Below, in pieces: positions 1 through 9,445 of a stretch of DNA of 64,000 nt; the first letter of the stretch is position 1, and each line of letters opens with the position of its first letter. The stretch lies in assembly GCA_965261975.1 (NCBI GenBank), contig CBDHEC010000018.1, forward strand, positions 1 to 64,000, written 5' to 3'. The notes under the pieces are model-generated. The model ran no database searches and was not told where the DNA came from. It worked only from the letters and a program-made list of their open reading frames with translations. The DNA is from Alphaproteobacteria bacterium (GTDB lineage: Bacteria > Pseudomonadota > Alphaproteobacteria > UBA6615). The position numbers were made by a program, and so were the translations under genes.

Positions 1-1095
1 CAGATCCCGTTCGAGGACGGGTGCTGGATGTTCCTGGGTGAGTTCGCCGATCCAGCCGCCGAGATATGTCCGCGCGGTGTCCTGTCCCGGGTCCTCGACA
101 AAGCGAATGCGATGGGCTTCGACGTCCGGGCAGGCTTCGAATACGAGTTCTTCGTCTTCGAAGAGACCCTGGCGAGCGCGGCAGACAAGCAATATCGCGA
201 CATGATCCCCGTCGCATTGGGAAACACCGGCTACTCCCTGCTGCGTCAATCGACCCTCGCGCCGCTCTACACAGATATCCTTTCGAGCATGTCCGCGATG
301 GGTATCGGGCTCGAGGGCATCCACGAGGAAATGGGGGCCGGCGTCATCGAGGCCGCCATCCAGGTCGATACCGCCCTGGCGGCGGCCGACAAGGCCAGCT
401 TGTTCAAGACATATACGAAAGCAATCATCCAGAACCGCGAACTGATCGCCACTTTCATGGCCAAATGGAATATGGACGAGGCCGGGCAATCCGGGCATTT
501 GCATTTGTCGCTTACAAACAACGATGGCACAGAGAACCCGTTCCACGATCCCATGGCCGATCACGGCATCAGCGACACGATGCGCCATTTTATCGGCGGC
601 CAGCAAACCCACATGGCGGCGCTGACAGCCATGGCCGCGCCAACCGTGAATTCGTATCGCCGGCTGATACCCGGGCTCTGGGCGCCCACCGACGCCACCT
701 GGGGCATCGACAATCGCACCTGCGCGATCCGGGCCCTCCCGGGCAGTCCCAAATCCCATCGGATCGAATATCGCGTGCCGGGTGCGGATGCGAACCCCTA
801 TCTGGTCGCCGCTGCCGCCATCGCGTCCGGCCTGCACGGCGTCGAGCGTCGCATCGAGCCGACGGTGGCACAAACCGGTAACGCCTATGACGGCGAACAC
901 CCCGAGCATCTGCGCCTGCCGTCAGATCTTTCGGATGCGGGAACGCGCCTCGCCGGGTCCGACATGGCGCGTGAATGGTTCGGCGATGCCTTCGTCGACC
1001 ACTTCGTCGCATCACGCGACTGGGAAGCGCGCCAGCTGCCGTCAGACCCCACCATCAGCACGGCCGAACTGGACCGATATTTCGAACTGATCTGA
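1..1095 (+). CDS. Glutamine synthetase family protein (gamma-glutamyl-amine ligase type), 5' truncated by window edge
   Basis: Frame is open from base 1. GS motifs GFEYEFF, HEEMGAGVIE, ATFMAKW, SGHLHLSL, NRTCAIR and RIEYRVPGADANPY are present. Confidence 0.9.
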   Translation, partial: QIPFEDGCWMFLGEFADPAAEICPRGVLSRVLDKANAMGFDVRAGFEYEFFVFEETLASAADKQYRDMIPVALGNTGYSLLRQSTLAPLYTDILSSMSAMGIGLEGIHEEMGAGVIEAAIQVDTALAAADKASLFKTYTKAIIQNRELIATFMAKWNMDEAGQSGHLHLSLTNNDGTENPFHDPMADHGISDTMRHFIGGQQTHMAALTAMAAPTVNSYRRLIPGLWAPTDATWGIDNRTCAIRALPGSPKSHRIEYRVPGADANPYLVAAAAIASGLHGVERRIEPTVAQTGNAYDGEHPEHLRLPSDLSDAGTRLAGSDMAREWFGDAFVDHFVASRDWEARQLPSDPTISTAELDRYFELI

Positions 1096-1112
1096 TCACC
1101 AACGGGCACCTC

Positions 1113-2315
1113 ATGATGACCGACGAACCCACCCCCCTTCGCGGCACCTGGAGTTTCCCGACCACGATCTGGTTCGGGGCGGGCAAAATCTCGATGCTTG
1201 CACGTGCCTGCAAGAACCTCGGCATGCGCAAACCATTGTTTGTCACAGACCCCGGCCTGGCCGGGCTCGATATGGTGACATCCGCCCTGGCGACGGCACA
1301 GGGTGACGATGTGTCGGCGACATTGTTTTCCGACATCAAGCCCAACCCGGTAAGCGCAAACATTGCCGATGGTGTCGCCGCCATGCGCGCGGCGGGTTGC
1401 GACGGGGTGATCGCCTTCGGCGGCGGTTCATCCCTCGATGCCGGCAAGACGATCGCCCTGGTGGCAGCCCAGCCCGAAGGCGGCATCAACCTCTGGGATT
1501 TCGAGGAAGGACGAAAGGACTGGCAGGGTGCCGCGGCACCTCTTCCCGTCGTGGCTGTCCCCACGACCGCCGGCACCGGATCTGAGACCGGCCGCTCCAC
1601 CGTGGTCTTGAACGAGGCGACCGGCCGCAAGGTGATCATCACCCATCCCGGCATGATGCCCGGCATCGTGATCGCCGATCCGGAACTGACGCTCGGACTG
1701 CCGGCCCACATCACCGCGGCGACGGGCATGGACGCGCTTGCCCACTGCCTTGAGGCCTATTGTTCACCCTTCGACAACCCGCTGTGCGACGGCGTGGCCC
1801 TCGAGGGCATGCGGCTTGTCCATGACAACCTGACGGGCGCTGTTGCGAACGGCTCCGATATCGCCGCCCGTTCCAATATGCTTGCGGCCGCGGCCATGGG
1901 ATCGACCGCGTTCCAGAAGGGCCTCGGTGCTATCCATGCCATGAGCCACCCCATCGGGGCGCTTTATGACACCCATCACGGGCTGACCAACGCCGTGGTG
2001 ATGCCCTACGTGCTCAAACGGAACCGGCCCGCGATCGAAGCCAGGATTGCCCGTGTCTCGGCCTATCTCGGCCTCACACCGCAGACAGACGACGTCGCGG
2101 CGGGGTTCGAGGCGTTCCTCGATTGGACATTGGCGTTGCGGTCGACATTCGACATGCCCCACACCCTGGCCGGGCTGGGCGTCGAGCCGTCGCGCTTCGA
2201 CGACCTCGCGGAGATGGCGGCTCAGGACCCGACCGCGCTGGCAAACCCTGTCGCCCTGGATATCGCCGGGTTCCGCGAACTTTTCGAGGCCGCTCATGCC
2301 GGCGATCTCGGCTAA
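1113..2315 (+). CDS. Iron-containing alcohol dehydrogenase
   Basis: GGGSSLDAGK, VPTTAGTGSE, DALAHCLEAY, HAMSH and HHGLTNA motifs. Start placed at ATG 1113 just after the GS stop. Confidence 0.9.
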   Translation: MMTDEPTPLRGTWSFPTTIWFGAGKISMLARACKNLGMRKPLFVTDPGLAGLDMVTSALATAQGDDVSATLFSDIKPNPVSANIADGVAAMRAAGCDGVIAFGGGSSLDAGKTIALVAAQPEGGINLWDFEEGRKDWQGAAAPLPVVAVPTTAGTGSETGRSTVVLNEATGRKVIITHPGMMPGIVIADPELTLGLPAHITAATGMDALAHCLEAYCSPFDNPLCDGVALEGMRLVHDNLTGAVANGSDIAARSNMLAAAAMGSTAFQKGLGAIHAMSHPIGALYDTHHGLTNAVVMPYVLKRNRPAIEARIARVSAYLGLTPQTDDVAAGFEAFLDWTLALRSTFDMPHTLAGLGVEPSRFDDLAEMAAQDPTALANPVALDIAGFRELFEAAHAGDLG

Positions 2316-2318
2316 GGC

Positions 2319-2567
2319 TCAGCCCTTCTTGTAGGGGTTCGAGAGTTCGTCCACGAGAGCGTGCAACACCTTGCGGAATTGCGCCTCGGACACGTCCATC
2401 AGCACCGCGTCTTCCAGCGCTTCCTGACAGACATCCTGGATTTCGACCAGGTTCTCGCGCAACACAAGGATCGAATCCTCACAGCTCACAGCTTCGCCGC
2501 TGGGCTGCTCCCACTTTTCCGGTTCGACCTTCGCACGCGGCTTGGAATCGGGCATTGGCCTGATCAT
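2319..2567 (-). CDS. Small conserved-looking hypothetical protein
   Basis: ORF with normal codon usage filling the gap (WEQPSGEAVSCEDSILVLRENL...LSNPY). Start is 2567 or 2555, with GGGAG upstream. Confidence 0.7.
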   Translation of the reverse strand: MIRPMPDSKPRAKVEPEKWEQPSGEAVSCEDSILVLRENLVEIQDVCQEALEDAVLMDVSEAQFRKVLHALVDELSNPYKKG

Positions 2568-2790
2568 TGCTCCCACTGATCCGGGATCGAATCGATCCGT
2601 CGGGCATTGAAATATTATTATAGAGCGATCGGACAAGGCATCATATTCCACCTTATCGGGCCGGTTTATCGTCCGGCTTCCTTCAATCTGGACACAAGTC
2701 TTTGAAGTTCATTGAAGATTAACGGCCCAGATGCAAAATCGATAGACATGGTTAACGGCTGTTAAGCACGTCAAATGTCTGGAGGACACC

Positions 2791-3834
2791 ATGTCCGTGT
2801 TTGCAGCGCCTGCCTTCGACGAGCATGAAAATGTTCTGTTCGGATTCGACCGGGAGACCGGGCTGCGCGCGATCATCGCCATCCACAACACGAATCTCGG
2901 TCCGGGCGTCGGCGGGTGCCGGATGTGGCCCTACGGCAATGAGGCCGCCGCACTCGAAGACGCGCTGCGGCTGTCGCGTGGCATGACCTACAAGTCGGCG
3001 CTCGCCGGGCTTCCGTTCGGGGGCGGCAAGTCCGTGATCATCGGCGATGCCCGTAAAGACAAGACCCCCGCGTTGATGCGCGCCATGGGACGGATCGTCG
3101 ACGACGTCGCCGGTCGCTATGTCGCTGCGGAAGACATCGGGATGACCGTCGCGGATATGGACGAGATGGCGAAGGTGACGAAACACGTCACCGGGACCAG
3201 CGCCACCAGCGGCAACCCCTCCCCCTACACCGGCTACGGCGTCTTTCAGGGCATTCGCGCCGCCGTCGCACACAAACTCGGCCGCAATGATGACCTCGCC
3301 GATGTTCAGGTGGCCATCCAGGGCCTGGGCTCGGTCGGTTTCGACCTGGCGCGGCGCCTGCACGAGGCCGGTGCGCGTCTGCATGTCGCCGACATCAACG
3401 GCGAGGCGGTTGCACGCGCCGTCGATGAACTCGATGCCGTGCCTGTCGATACCCATGACATACATGGCGCCGACGTCGACGTGTTCGCGCCTTGCGCGCT
3501 TGGCGCCGTGATCAATGATCAATCGGTCGGCGAGCTGGGTGCGAAAATCGTCGCGGGTTCGGCCAACAACCAACTCGCCAACGACCGGCATGGCGCCGAA
3601 CTGGCCGCGCGCGGGATTCTGTACGCGCCCGACTATGTCATCAACGCCGGCGGCATCATCGAGATCGCCCACGGAGCCGACTTCGGCGGCACCCATGATG
3701 ACGCGGCGATCTTCGAACATCTCGACCGCATCCACGACACGCTACTCGAGATTTTTGAGCGTGCAGACACGGAACGCGCGGCAACAAACTTCGTGGCGGA
3801 CCAAATGGCCGAAGAGCGTTTCCGCGCGGCGTAG
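2791..3834 (+). CDS. Leucine dehydrogenase (Glu/Leu/Phe/Val dehydrogenase family)
   Basis: GGCRM, LSRGMTYK, GGGKSVI, GLGSVG, GSANNQL and PDYVINAGG motifs. GGAGG RBS upstream. Confidence 0.9.
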   Translation: MSVFAAPAFDEHENVLFGFDRETGLRAIIAIHNTNLGPGVGGCRMWPYGNEAAALEDALRLSRGMTYKSALAGLPFGGGKSVIIGDARKDKTPALMRAMGRIVDDVAGRYVAAEDIGMTVADMDEMAKVTKHVTGTSATSGNPSPYTGYGVFQGIRAAVAHKLGRNDDLADVQVAIQGLGSVGFDLARRLHEAGARLHVADINGEAVARAVDELDAVPVDTHDIHGADVDVFAPCALGAVINDQSVGELGAKIVAGSANNQLANDRHGAELAARGILYAPDYVINAGGIIEIAHGADFGGTHDDAAIFEHLDRIHDTLLEIFERADTERAATNFVADQMAEERFRAA

Positions 3835-3915
3835 CAAATTCTCTGCCCGATTATGGATCTCTTTTTTGGGCCAGCTGCGGCTTTTGATCCAGATCAATGC
3901 ACCCTACGCGAATGC

Positions 3916-3985
3916 AATTGAGAATGACTTGCAATTGGCCGCGAGGGGCAATAAGGTTCCTTGCAATTGAGAACCTTTCTCATTC
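3916..3985 (+). promoter_or_regulatory. Two Fur-type iron boxes and an overlapping sigma70-like promoter for the iron ABC operon
   Basis: AATTGAGAATGACTTGCAATT (3916-3936) and AATTGAGAACCTTTCTCATTC (3965-3985; core TGAGAA-CCT-TTCTCA is palindromic). TTGCAA-17 bp-TAAGGT at 3929-3957. Confidence 0.7.
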
Positions 3986-4009
3986 GCACTTACACCTCAG
4001 GAGTAGAAA

Positions 4010-5053
4010 ATGCGTAAACGTACTTATGCCCTCGCCGTGGCCGGCCTTGCCACTCTCGTACTTGGCGCGGGCGTCAGCGCCCAGCAGCAGGCTGCCGTCG
4101 ATGCCGGTGAGGTGAATGTCTACTCCTACAGGCAGCCGTTCCTGATCCAGCCCATGTTCGACGCCTTCACGCGCGACACCGGCGTGAAGGTAAACGTCGT
4201 GTTCGCCAAGAAGGGCCTCGTCGAGCGCCTCAAGCAGGAGGGCCGAAATTCCCGGGCCGATCTCATTTTCACCGTCGACATCGGCCGCTTGAACGACGCC
4301 TATGAAGCCGGTGTCACCGCACCGGTCGAGACCGCCCAGCTGACTTCCAGCATCCCCGCCGAATTCCGTCAGGGCCAAGGGCACTGGTACGGGCTCACCC
4401 AGCGCGCGCGCATCGTCTACGCGTCCAAGGATCGCGTATCCATTGAAGATGCGCCAAAATCGTATGAAGAACTTGCCGACCCCAAATGGGCCGGGCGCAT
4501 CTGCACCCGCGCGGGCAACCACGTTTATCAGGTCGCACTGACGGCGGCGATGATCGCCCATCACGGTGAGGAAAAGGCCGAGGCGTGGCTACGCGGCCTC
4601 AAGTCCAACCTCGCACGCAAGCCCCAGGGCAACGACCGCGCCCAGGTCAAGGCCATCAACGAGGGCGAATGCGATATCTCCCTGGGCAACAACTATTACT
4701 TCGGTCTGATGCTGCAGAATGAGGAGCAGTTCGGCTGGGCCCAGTCAGTCTATCCGGTCTTCCCGAAGATCGGCGACGAAGGCACCCATGTGAACATCTC
4801 CGGCATGGCAATGACCAAGGCATCTCCGAACCGCGACAACGCCGTGAAACTCATGGAATTCCTGACCGGCGACCTGGCCCAGCAGATGTACTCGGAGCAG
4901 AATTTCGAATACCCGATCGTGGCCAGTGTCCCGCAGGCGGGCTTGCTGCGCTCGATGGGTGACCTGCATCCCGACACGTTGGCCCTCGACCGCATTGCCG
5001 AGCTGCGGGCCGACGCCTTCAAGCTCGTCGACAAGGTCGGCTACAACGACTAG
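4010..5053 (+). CDS. fbpA: Fe(3+) ABC transporter substrate-binding protein (FutA/FbpA type)
   Basis: Signal peptide, VNVYSYRQ, ADLIFTVDIGRL, KPQGNDRAQVKAI, GNNYYFG and HVNISG. AGGAG RBS. Confidence 0.9.
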   Translation: MRKRTYALAVAGLATLVLGAGVSAQQQAAVDAGEVNVYSYRQPFLIQPMFDAFTRDTGVKVNVVFAKKGLVERLKQEGRNSRADLIFTVDIGRLNDAYEAGVTAPVETAQLTSSIPAEFRQGQGHWYGLTQRARIVYASKDRVSIEDAPKSYEELADPKWAGRICTRAGNHVYQVALTAAMIAHHGEEKAEAWLRGLKSNLARKPQGNDRAQVKAINEGECDISLGNNYYFGLMLQNEEQFGWAQSVYPVFPKIGDEGTHVNISGMAMTKASPNRDNAVKLMEFLTGDLAQQMYSEQNFEYPIVASVPQAGLLRSMGDLHPDTLALDRIAELRADAFKLVDKVGYND

Positions 5054-5079
5054 CCGCAACCGCCGGTCCGAAGAATCCC

Positions 5080-6777
5080 ATGTCCGCGACGACCCTCTCC
5101 TCCCTGTCGTCAAGCACGCGCTCCGCTCAGGGGCGCGTGTGGATTCTGGGTGGCCTGCTGGTCGCGCTTATCGTGGCCGCACCGCTCGGTGCGATCGCTT
5201 GGCTCGCGCTCTTCCCGACAGAGAATATCTGGCCCCACCTGGCATCGACTGTCCTGCCGCGCCACAGCTGGAATACGCTCGTCCTGATGGTCGGCAACGG
5301 CATCGGTGTGTTCCTCATCGGGACGGCATCGGCATGGCTTGTCGCCACATGTGATTTCCCCGGCCGCCGCCTGTTCGAATGGGCCTTGCTCCTGCCGCTT
5401 GCGGTGCCGGCCTATATCGTGGCCTTCGTCTACACCGACATCATGGAATTCGCCGGGCCGGTGCAGGGGCTGCTGCGTGATATTTTCGGCTGGCAGACAT
5501 CACGCGACTACTGGTTCCCGGAAATCCGGTCCATGGGCGGCGCGATCTTCGTCATGTCCTTTGTGCTCTACCCCTATGTTTACTTGCTCACCCGCGCGGC
5601 ATTTCACGAGCAATCATCGAGTGTCCTCGAGGTGAGCCGAACGCTCGGCCGCGGACCCTGGCAGACCTTTCTCACGGTCGCGCTGCCGCTGGCCCGCCCT
5701 GCCATCGTCGTCGGGATCGCGCTGGCCATGATGGAAACGCTCGCAGATTTCGGCACCGTCGATTATTTCGCCGTCAACACGCTGACGGTTGCCGTGTTCA
5801 ATGTCTGGCTCGGAATGGGCAACGCGGGTGGCGCGGCGCAAATTGCGCTGGTCATGCTCGGTTTCGTGGTCCTGCTGATCACGCTGGAGCGGATCGGGCG
5901 ACACGGCCGACAGTATCATCATACCTCTTCGCGCTATCAGTCATCTCCGCGCACCCCGCTGCGTGGCGCCCCAAAGCTGGCTGCCGTCCTCGTCTGCGCG
6001 TTGCCGATTACGATCGGGTTCCTGATCCCGGCGGGTGTTCTGCTGCGCCATGCCATCGTTTTCTTCGACGAATCATGGAACCAGGCCTTCTTTGCCTTCG
6101 CCCGCAACAGCCTCACCCTGTCGGCCACGGCGGCCGTCGTTGCGGTCTCGGTCGCGGTATTCCTCGCCTATGGGCGACGCCTGTCGGGCCGCGGGTTCGG
6201 CGCCCTGTCCCGTATTGCGTTACTCGGTTATGCGGTGCCGGGTGCGGTGCTCGCCGTCGGCGTACTCATTCCCTTCGCCCGTCTCGACAACGCCATCGAT
6301 TCCATCGCACGCGACATGTTCGGCGTGTCGACAGGGCTGATCCTGAGCGGCACCATCTTCGCATTGGTATTCGCCTATGTGGTGCGCTTCCTCGCGGTGG
6401 GCTTCGGAGCCATCGAGGCCAGCCTCGGCAAGATTCGACCCTCCATGGACATGGCCGCACGCAGCCTCGGCGCCGGACCGGGGCGCACCTTGTGGCGCAT
6501 CCACCTGCCCCTCGTGCGCGGCAGCCTGATTGCCGCGGGGACCATCGTGTTCGTCGACAGCATGAAAGAGCTGCCGGCAACGCTTATCCTGCGACCGTTC
6601 AACTTCGACACGCTGGCCACCCACGTCTATCAATTCGCATCCGACGAGCTACTCGAACAAAGCGCCTTGTCGGCGCTGACGATCGTGATTGCCGGCATTC
6701 TCCCCGTGATTATCCTGAGCCATGCACTACGTCAGTCCCGCCCGGGCACGCGGACGGGTGCTTTGGGCGAGACCTAG
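5080..6777 (+). CDS. fbpB: Fe(3+) ABC transporter permease (FutB/FbpB type)
   Basis: Double permease with about 12 TM segments. LYPYVYLL, ETLADFGTVDYF and MKELPATLILRPFNFDTLA motifs. Confidence 0.9.
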   Translation: MSATTLSSLSSSTRSAQGRVWILGGLLVALIVAAPLGAIAWLALFPTENIWPHLASTVLPRHSWNTLVLMVGNGIGVFLIGTASAWLVATCDFPGRRLFEWALLLPLAVPAYIVAFVYTDIMEFAGPVQGLLRDIFGWQTSRDYWFPEIRSMGGAIFVMSFVLYPYVYLLTRAAFHEQSSSVLEVSRTLGRGPWQTFLTVALPLARPAIVVGIALAMMETLADFGTVDYFAVNTLTVAVFNVWLGMGNAGGAAQIALVMLGFVVLLITLERIGRHGRQYHHTSSRYQSSPRTPLRGAPKLAAVLVCALPITIGFLIPAGVLLRHAIVFFDESWNQAFFAFARNSLTLSATAAVVAVSVAVFLAYGRRLSGRGFGALSRIALLGYAVPGAVLAVGVLIPFARLDNAIDSIARDMFGVSTGLILSGTIFALVFAYVVRFLAVGFGAIEASLGKIRPSMDMAARSLGAGPGRTLWRIHLPLVRGSLIAAGTIVFVDSMKELPATLILRPFNFDTLATHVYQFASDELLEQSALSALTIVIAGILPVIILSHALRQSRPGTRTGALGET

Positions 6778-7214
6778 ATCAGGCCCAACTCGCGCAGTTC
6801 GGCAGCCATCTCGGGCGGCGGTTCCTTTTCCGCCGCCGCACCGGCCGGCAGGTCCGACGGTGCATTCTCGATCTCCAGGTAACGCCAACCCTGGAAGGGC
6901 CGCGAGCGTTTCGAATGGACACGGATGAGCTTGCGGTCGAGGTGAATTGCGCAGCGCGGCGTTCCATCCGAGGCCGTGGCCGGCTCGATCGCGATGATTT
7001 TCTGGCGTACCAGGATGCGCCCCTTGATCACCCAGTAGAGCGATCCGTCGTCGGCCAATAGTTCATCACCACGGCGCGGCGTGTTGCGCGTAAGGATACG
7101 TAAAACCGGCCCGTCTCCGGCGGCCTTGCGATCGGCGATACGTTGTGTCTGGCGCTCGCGCAGATGGTCAATGGACTCAATCCCGACGGCGAGTTTTATG
7201 AGGTGAACGGACAT
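6774..7214 (-). CDS. DUF1489-like protein
   Basis: HLIKLAVG, TRNTPRR, GSLYWVIKG and RPFQGWRYL are typical of this family. Confidence 0.8.
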   Translation of the reverse strand: MSVHLIKLAVGIESIDHLRERQTQRIADRKAAGDGPVLRILTRNTPRRGDELLADDGSLYWVIKGRILVRQKIIAIEPATASDGTPRCAIHLDRKLIRVHSKRSRPFQGWRYLEIENAPSDLPAGAAAEKEPPPEMAAELRELGLI

Positions 7215-7274
7215 GGCCGCACAATAGCAGCGGCCTCGATGCAGGTGAACGCCCCCGGGGCTGCCAGCCTGTGG

Positions 7275-7775
7275 TTAACCGGTCATGCGTGAAACCAGCG
7301 CATCGAGCGACGCGACGAGATCGACCCCGACGGCGCCGCCATCGCCTTTGACATCATTCTTGACGACGGCGCGCATGGCATCCGCATGAGCACGCAGCAC
7401 TTCCGGGTTCAGTTCCGCCGCACCCGAAATGGCCTCGGTGTATCGGAAAAGGCATTCGGAGACATCGGTGATCAGTTCATAGCCAAATGTGGTCCCCTGC
7501 CCCCGCAAGTCATGGGCGACCCGGCGGAGGTTTTTCAGAACTTCCGGGGCCTTGGCCGGGTCCGTTTCGAGCTCTAATGCAAGTTCCATGATGTGCAGAA
7601 TTTCGCGAGACACCGTGTCCGAGAACTCGTCGACCATCGAGCCAATGACGTTCTCGGCGTGCCGTATCAGATCGGGGTCAATACCGCCTGGCCCACCCTT
7701 GCCCACCTTCGCCTTGAGAAGATTGGGCGGGGTAATCAGCTGATATGTACCGTTTTCCTGGCCTTCGTCAGCCAT
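7275..7775 (-). CDS. Hpt (histidine phosphotransfer) domain protein
   Basis: AHDLRGQGTTFGY matches the Hpt His motif. Predicted helical and directly downstream of a response regulator. Confidence 0.75.
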   Translation of the reverse strand: MADEGQENGTYQLITPPNLLKAKVGKGGPGGIDPDLIRHAENVIGSMVDEFSDTVSREILHIMELALELETDPAKAPEVLKNLRRVAHDLRGQGTTFGYELITDVSECLFRYTEAISGAAELNPEVLRAHADAMRAVVKNDVKGDGGAVGVDLVASLDALVSRMTG

Positions 7776-7828
7776 GACAGTCTCATCCCGCGAACATATT
7801 TCGCAGCGTCACAAGATAGAGAAAGCAG

Positions 7829-7844
7829 GTTAAGGGAAGGTTAG
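7829..7844 (-). promoter_or_regulatory. Possible CtrA-binding site upstream of the Hpt gene
   Basis: Minus strand reads CTAA-CCTTCCC-TTAAC, one mismatch to TTAA-N7-TTAAC. Confidence 0.4.
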
Positions 7845-8425
7845 TCGCCGGCGATCTTGCGGGCGTTGGCCTGGCTTGCCTGGAGGGCTTCGCGCTGCTG
7901 CTTGGAAAGGTCGCGTACCGAAACATCGACCTTTTCCAGCTCCGTGGTCCGCCGTTCAGGCCCCGAATAGTTCGCATCCTCTTTGCGGCGCCGGTCCGGG
8001 CCGAAATAGGTGTCCGTCCGCACGAATGGCCGCGGTTCCTCGATCACCGATTCCAGCCGCGACATCAGAACATCTACCGTAAACGGCTTTGCCAGGAACT
8101 CGGTCACCCCGCGGTCGCGCGCGTTTTGTACACGATCCCCGTCCGAATAGGACGAGATCATGATGATCGGCACATAGGGATTGGGGCTCTTGTGCGACGT
8201 GCGGATCATGTCGACCAGATCGAGACCGCTGATCGGCTCCATCTCGTAGTCGGTAAATACGAGGTCATATTCCAGCCGGCAGAATGAATCGAAACCCGTG
8301 ACGCCGTCCTCGGCAACATCGATCGCGTGGATTCCGACCGCGTAAAGGATCGTCCGCAACAACTGCCGGATGTGGGCGTTGTCGTCGATGATCAGGATAC
8401 GCAGGCCTTCGAGCTGATAGCTCAC
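7841..8425 (-). CDS. CheY-like response regulator with arginine-rich C-terminal tail (Cle-like c-di-GMP effector)
   Basis: REC domain (IIDDN, FTDYEM, FLAKPF) followed by YFGPDRRR and YSGPERR repeats. GTG start at 8425 with GAGGG RBS. Confidence 0.85.
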   Translation of the reverse strand: MSYQLEGLRILIIDDNAHIRQLLRTILYAVGIHAIDVAEDGVTGFDSFCRLEYDLVFTDYEMEPISGLDLVDMIRTSHKSPNPYVPIIMISSYSDGDRVQNARDRGVTEFLAKPFTVDVLMSRLESVIEEPRPFVRTDTYFGPDRRRKEDANYSGPERRTTELEKVDVSVRDLSKQQREALQASQANARKIAGD

Positions 8426-8541
8426 ACGATTTCCCTCTGAAACCTCGTCGGAAGCACACACGCGGCGGCAAGAACCGCTGCGGTATCAGCCTACTGCCCA
8501 GTGGTTACCGAAAGGTTTAGATCCGCCTTTGAAGCCGGGCC

Positions 8542-9444
8542 TCAGACATGGGTGCGAATGGCCTGGGCCGCCTTCGACGTCGGCGCACGGCCCAGGACAT
8601 CGCAGATAAACTGACCCGCATCGACGAGCTTCGCCATATCCACACCGGTCTCGATCCCCATCCCGTCCAGCATGTAGACCACGTCCTCCGTCGCCACATT
8701 GCCCGAGGCACCGGGCGCATAGGGGCATCCCCCCAGGCCGGCGACGGCCGTGTCCAGGGTCGCGACCCCGGCATCGAGGCAGGACAGTATATTTGCGAGC
8801 GCCTGGCCGTAAGTGTCGTGGAAATGCAGGGCCAGCCGTTCTGCCGGCACCACTTCGGCGACCGCCTCCACCATCGCCCGTGCGCGCGCCGGGGTTCCCA
8901 CCCCGATCGTGTCGCCCAGGCTGACTTCGTAACACGACATGGCATCCAGCTCGCGGGCAACACGCACCACGGCCTCGATCGCCACATCGCCTTCATAGGG
9001 GCAACCTAGAACGCAGGAGATATAGCCGCGCACCTTCATCCCACTGGCCAGCGCTGCCGCCGCAACGGGGCGAAAGCGCTCCAGGCTCTCATCGATCGAA
9101 CAGTTGATGTTCTTCCGGGAAAACGTCTCGGAAGCGGCGCCGAATATCGCGATCTCCTCGACCCCGGCCGCCGTTGCACCTTCCAGGCCCCGCATGTTGG
9201 GCACGAGCACGGGATAGCGCGTCCCCGGCCGCCTCTGAATGCCGGCGAGAACCTCGGCCGCATCGGCCATCTGCGGCACCCATTTCGGCGAGACGAACGC
9301 ACCGGCCTCGACCGACGGTAACCCGGCCTCGGACAGCCGGTCGATCAGCGCTATCTTGTCGGCCGTCGACACCATGCCCGGTTCCGCCTGCAGGCCATCG
9401 CGCGGCCCCACATCGACGATCTCCACCTTGTCCGGTCGTGCCAT
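8542..9444 (-). CDS. liuE: Hydroxymethylglutaryl-CoA lyase
   Basis: [20 protein letters not shown] and [19 protein letters not shown] motifs. Confidence 0.95.
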   Translation of the reverse strand: MARPDKVEIVDVGPRDGLQAEPGMVSTADKIALIDRLSEAGLPSVEAGAFVSPKWVPQMADAAEVLAGIQRRPGTRYPVLVPNMRGLEGATAAGVEEIAIFGAASETFSRKNINCSIDESLERFRPVAAAALASGMKVRGYISCVLGCPYEGDVAIEAVVRVARELDAMSCYEVSLGDTIGVGTPARARAMVEAVAEVVPAERLALHFHDTYGQALANILSCLDAGVATLDTAVAGLGGCPYAPGASGNVATEDVVYMLDGMGIETGVDMAKLVDAGQFICDVLGRAPTSKAAQAIRTHV

Positions 9445-9445
9445 C

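Noticed and set aside
2750-2776. GTTAACGGCTGTTAAG and ACGTCAA upstream of leucine dehydrogenase as a CtrA or LiuR site
   Set aside because: The TTAA spacing is 6 rather than 7, and only a LiuR half-site is present.
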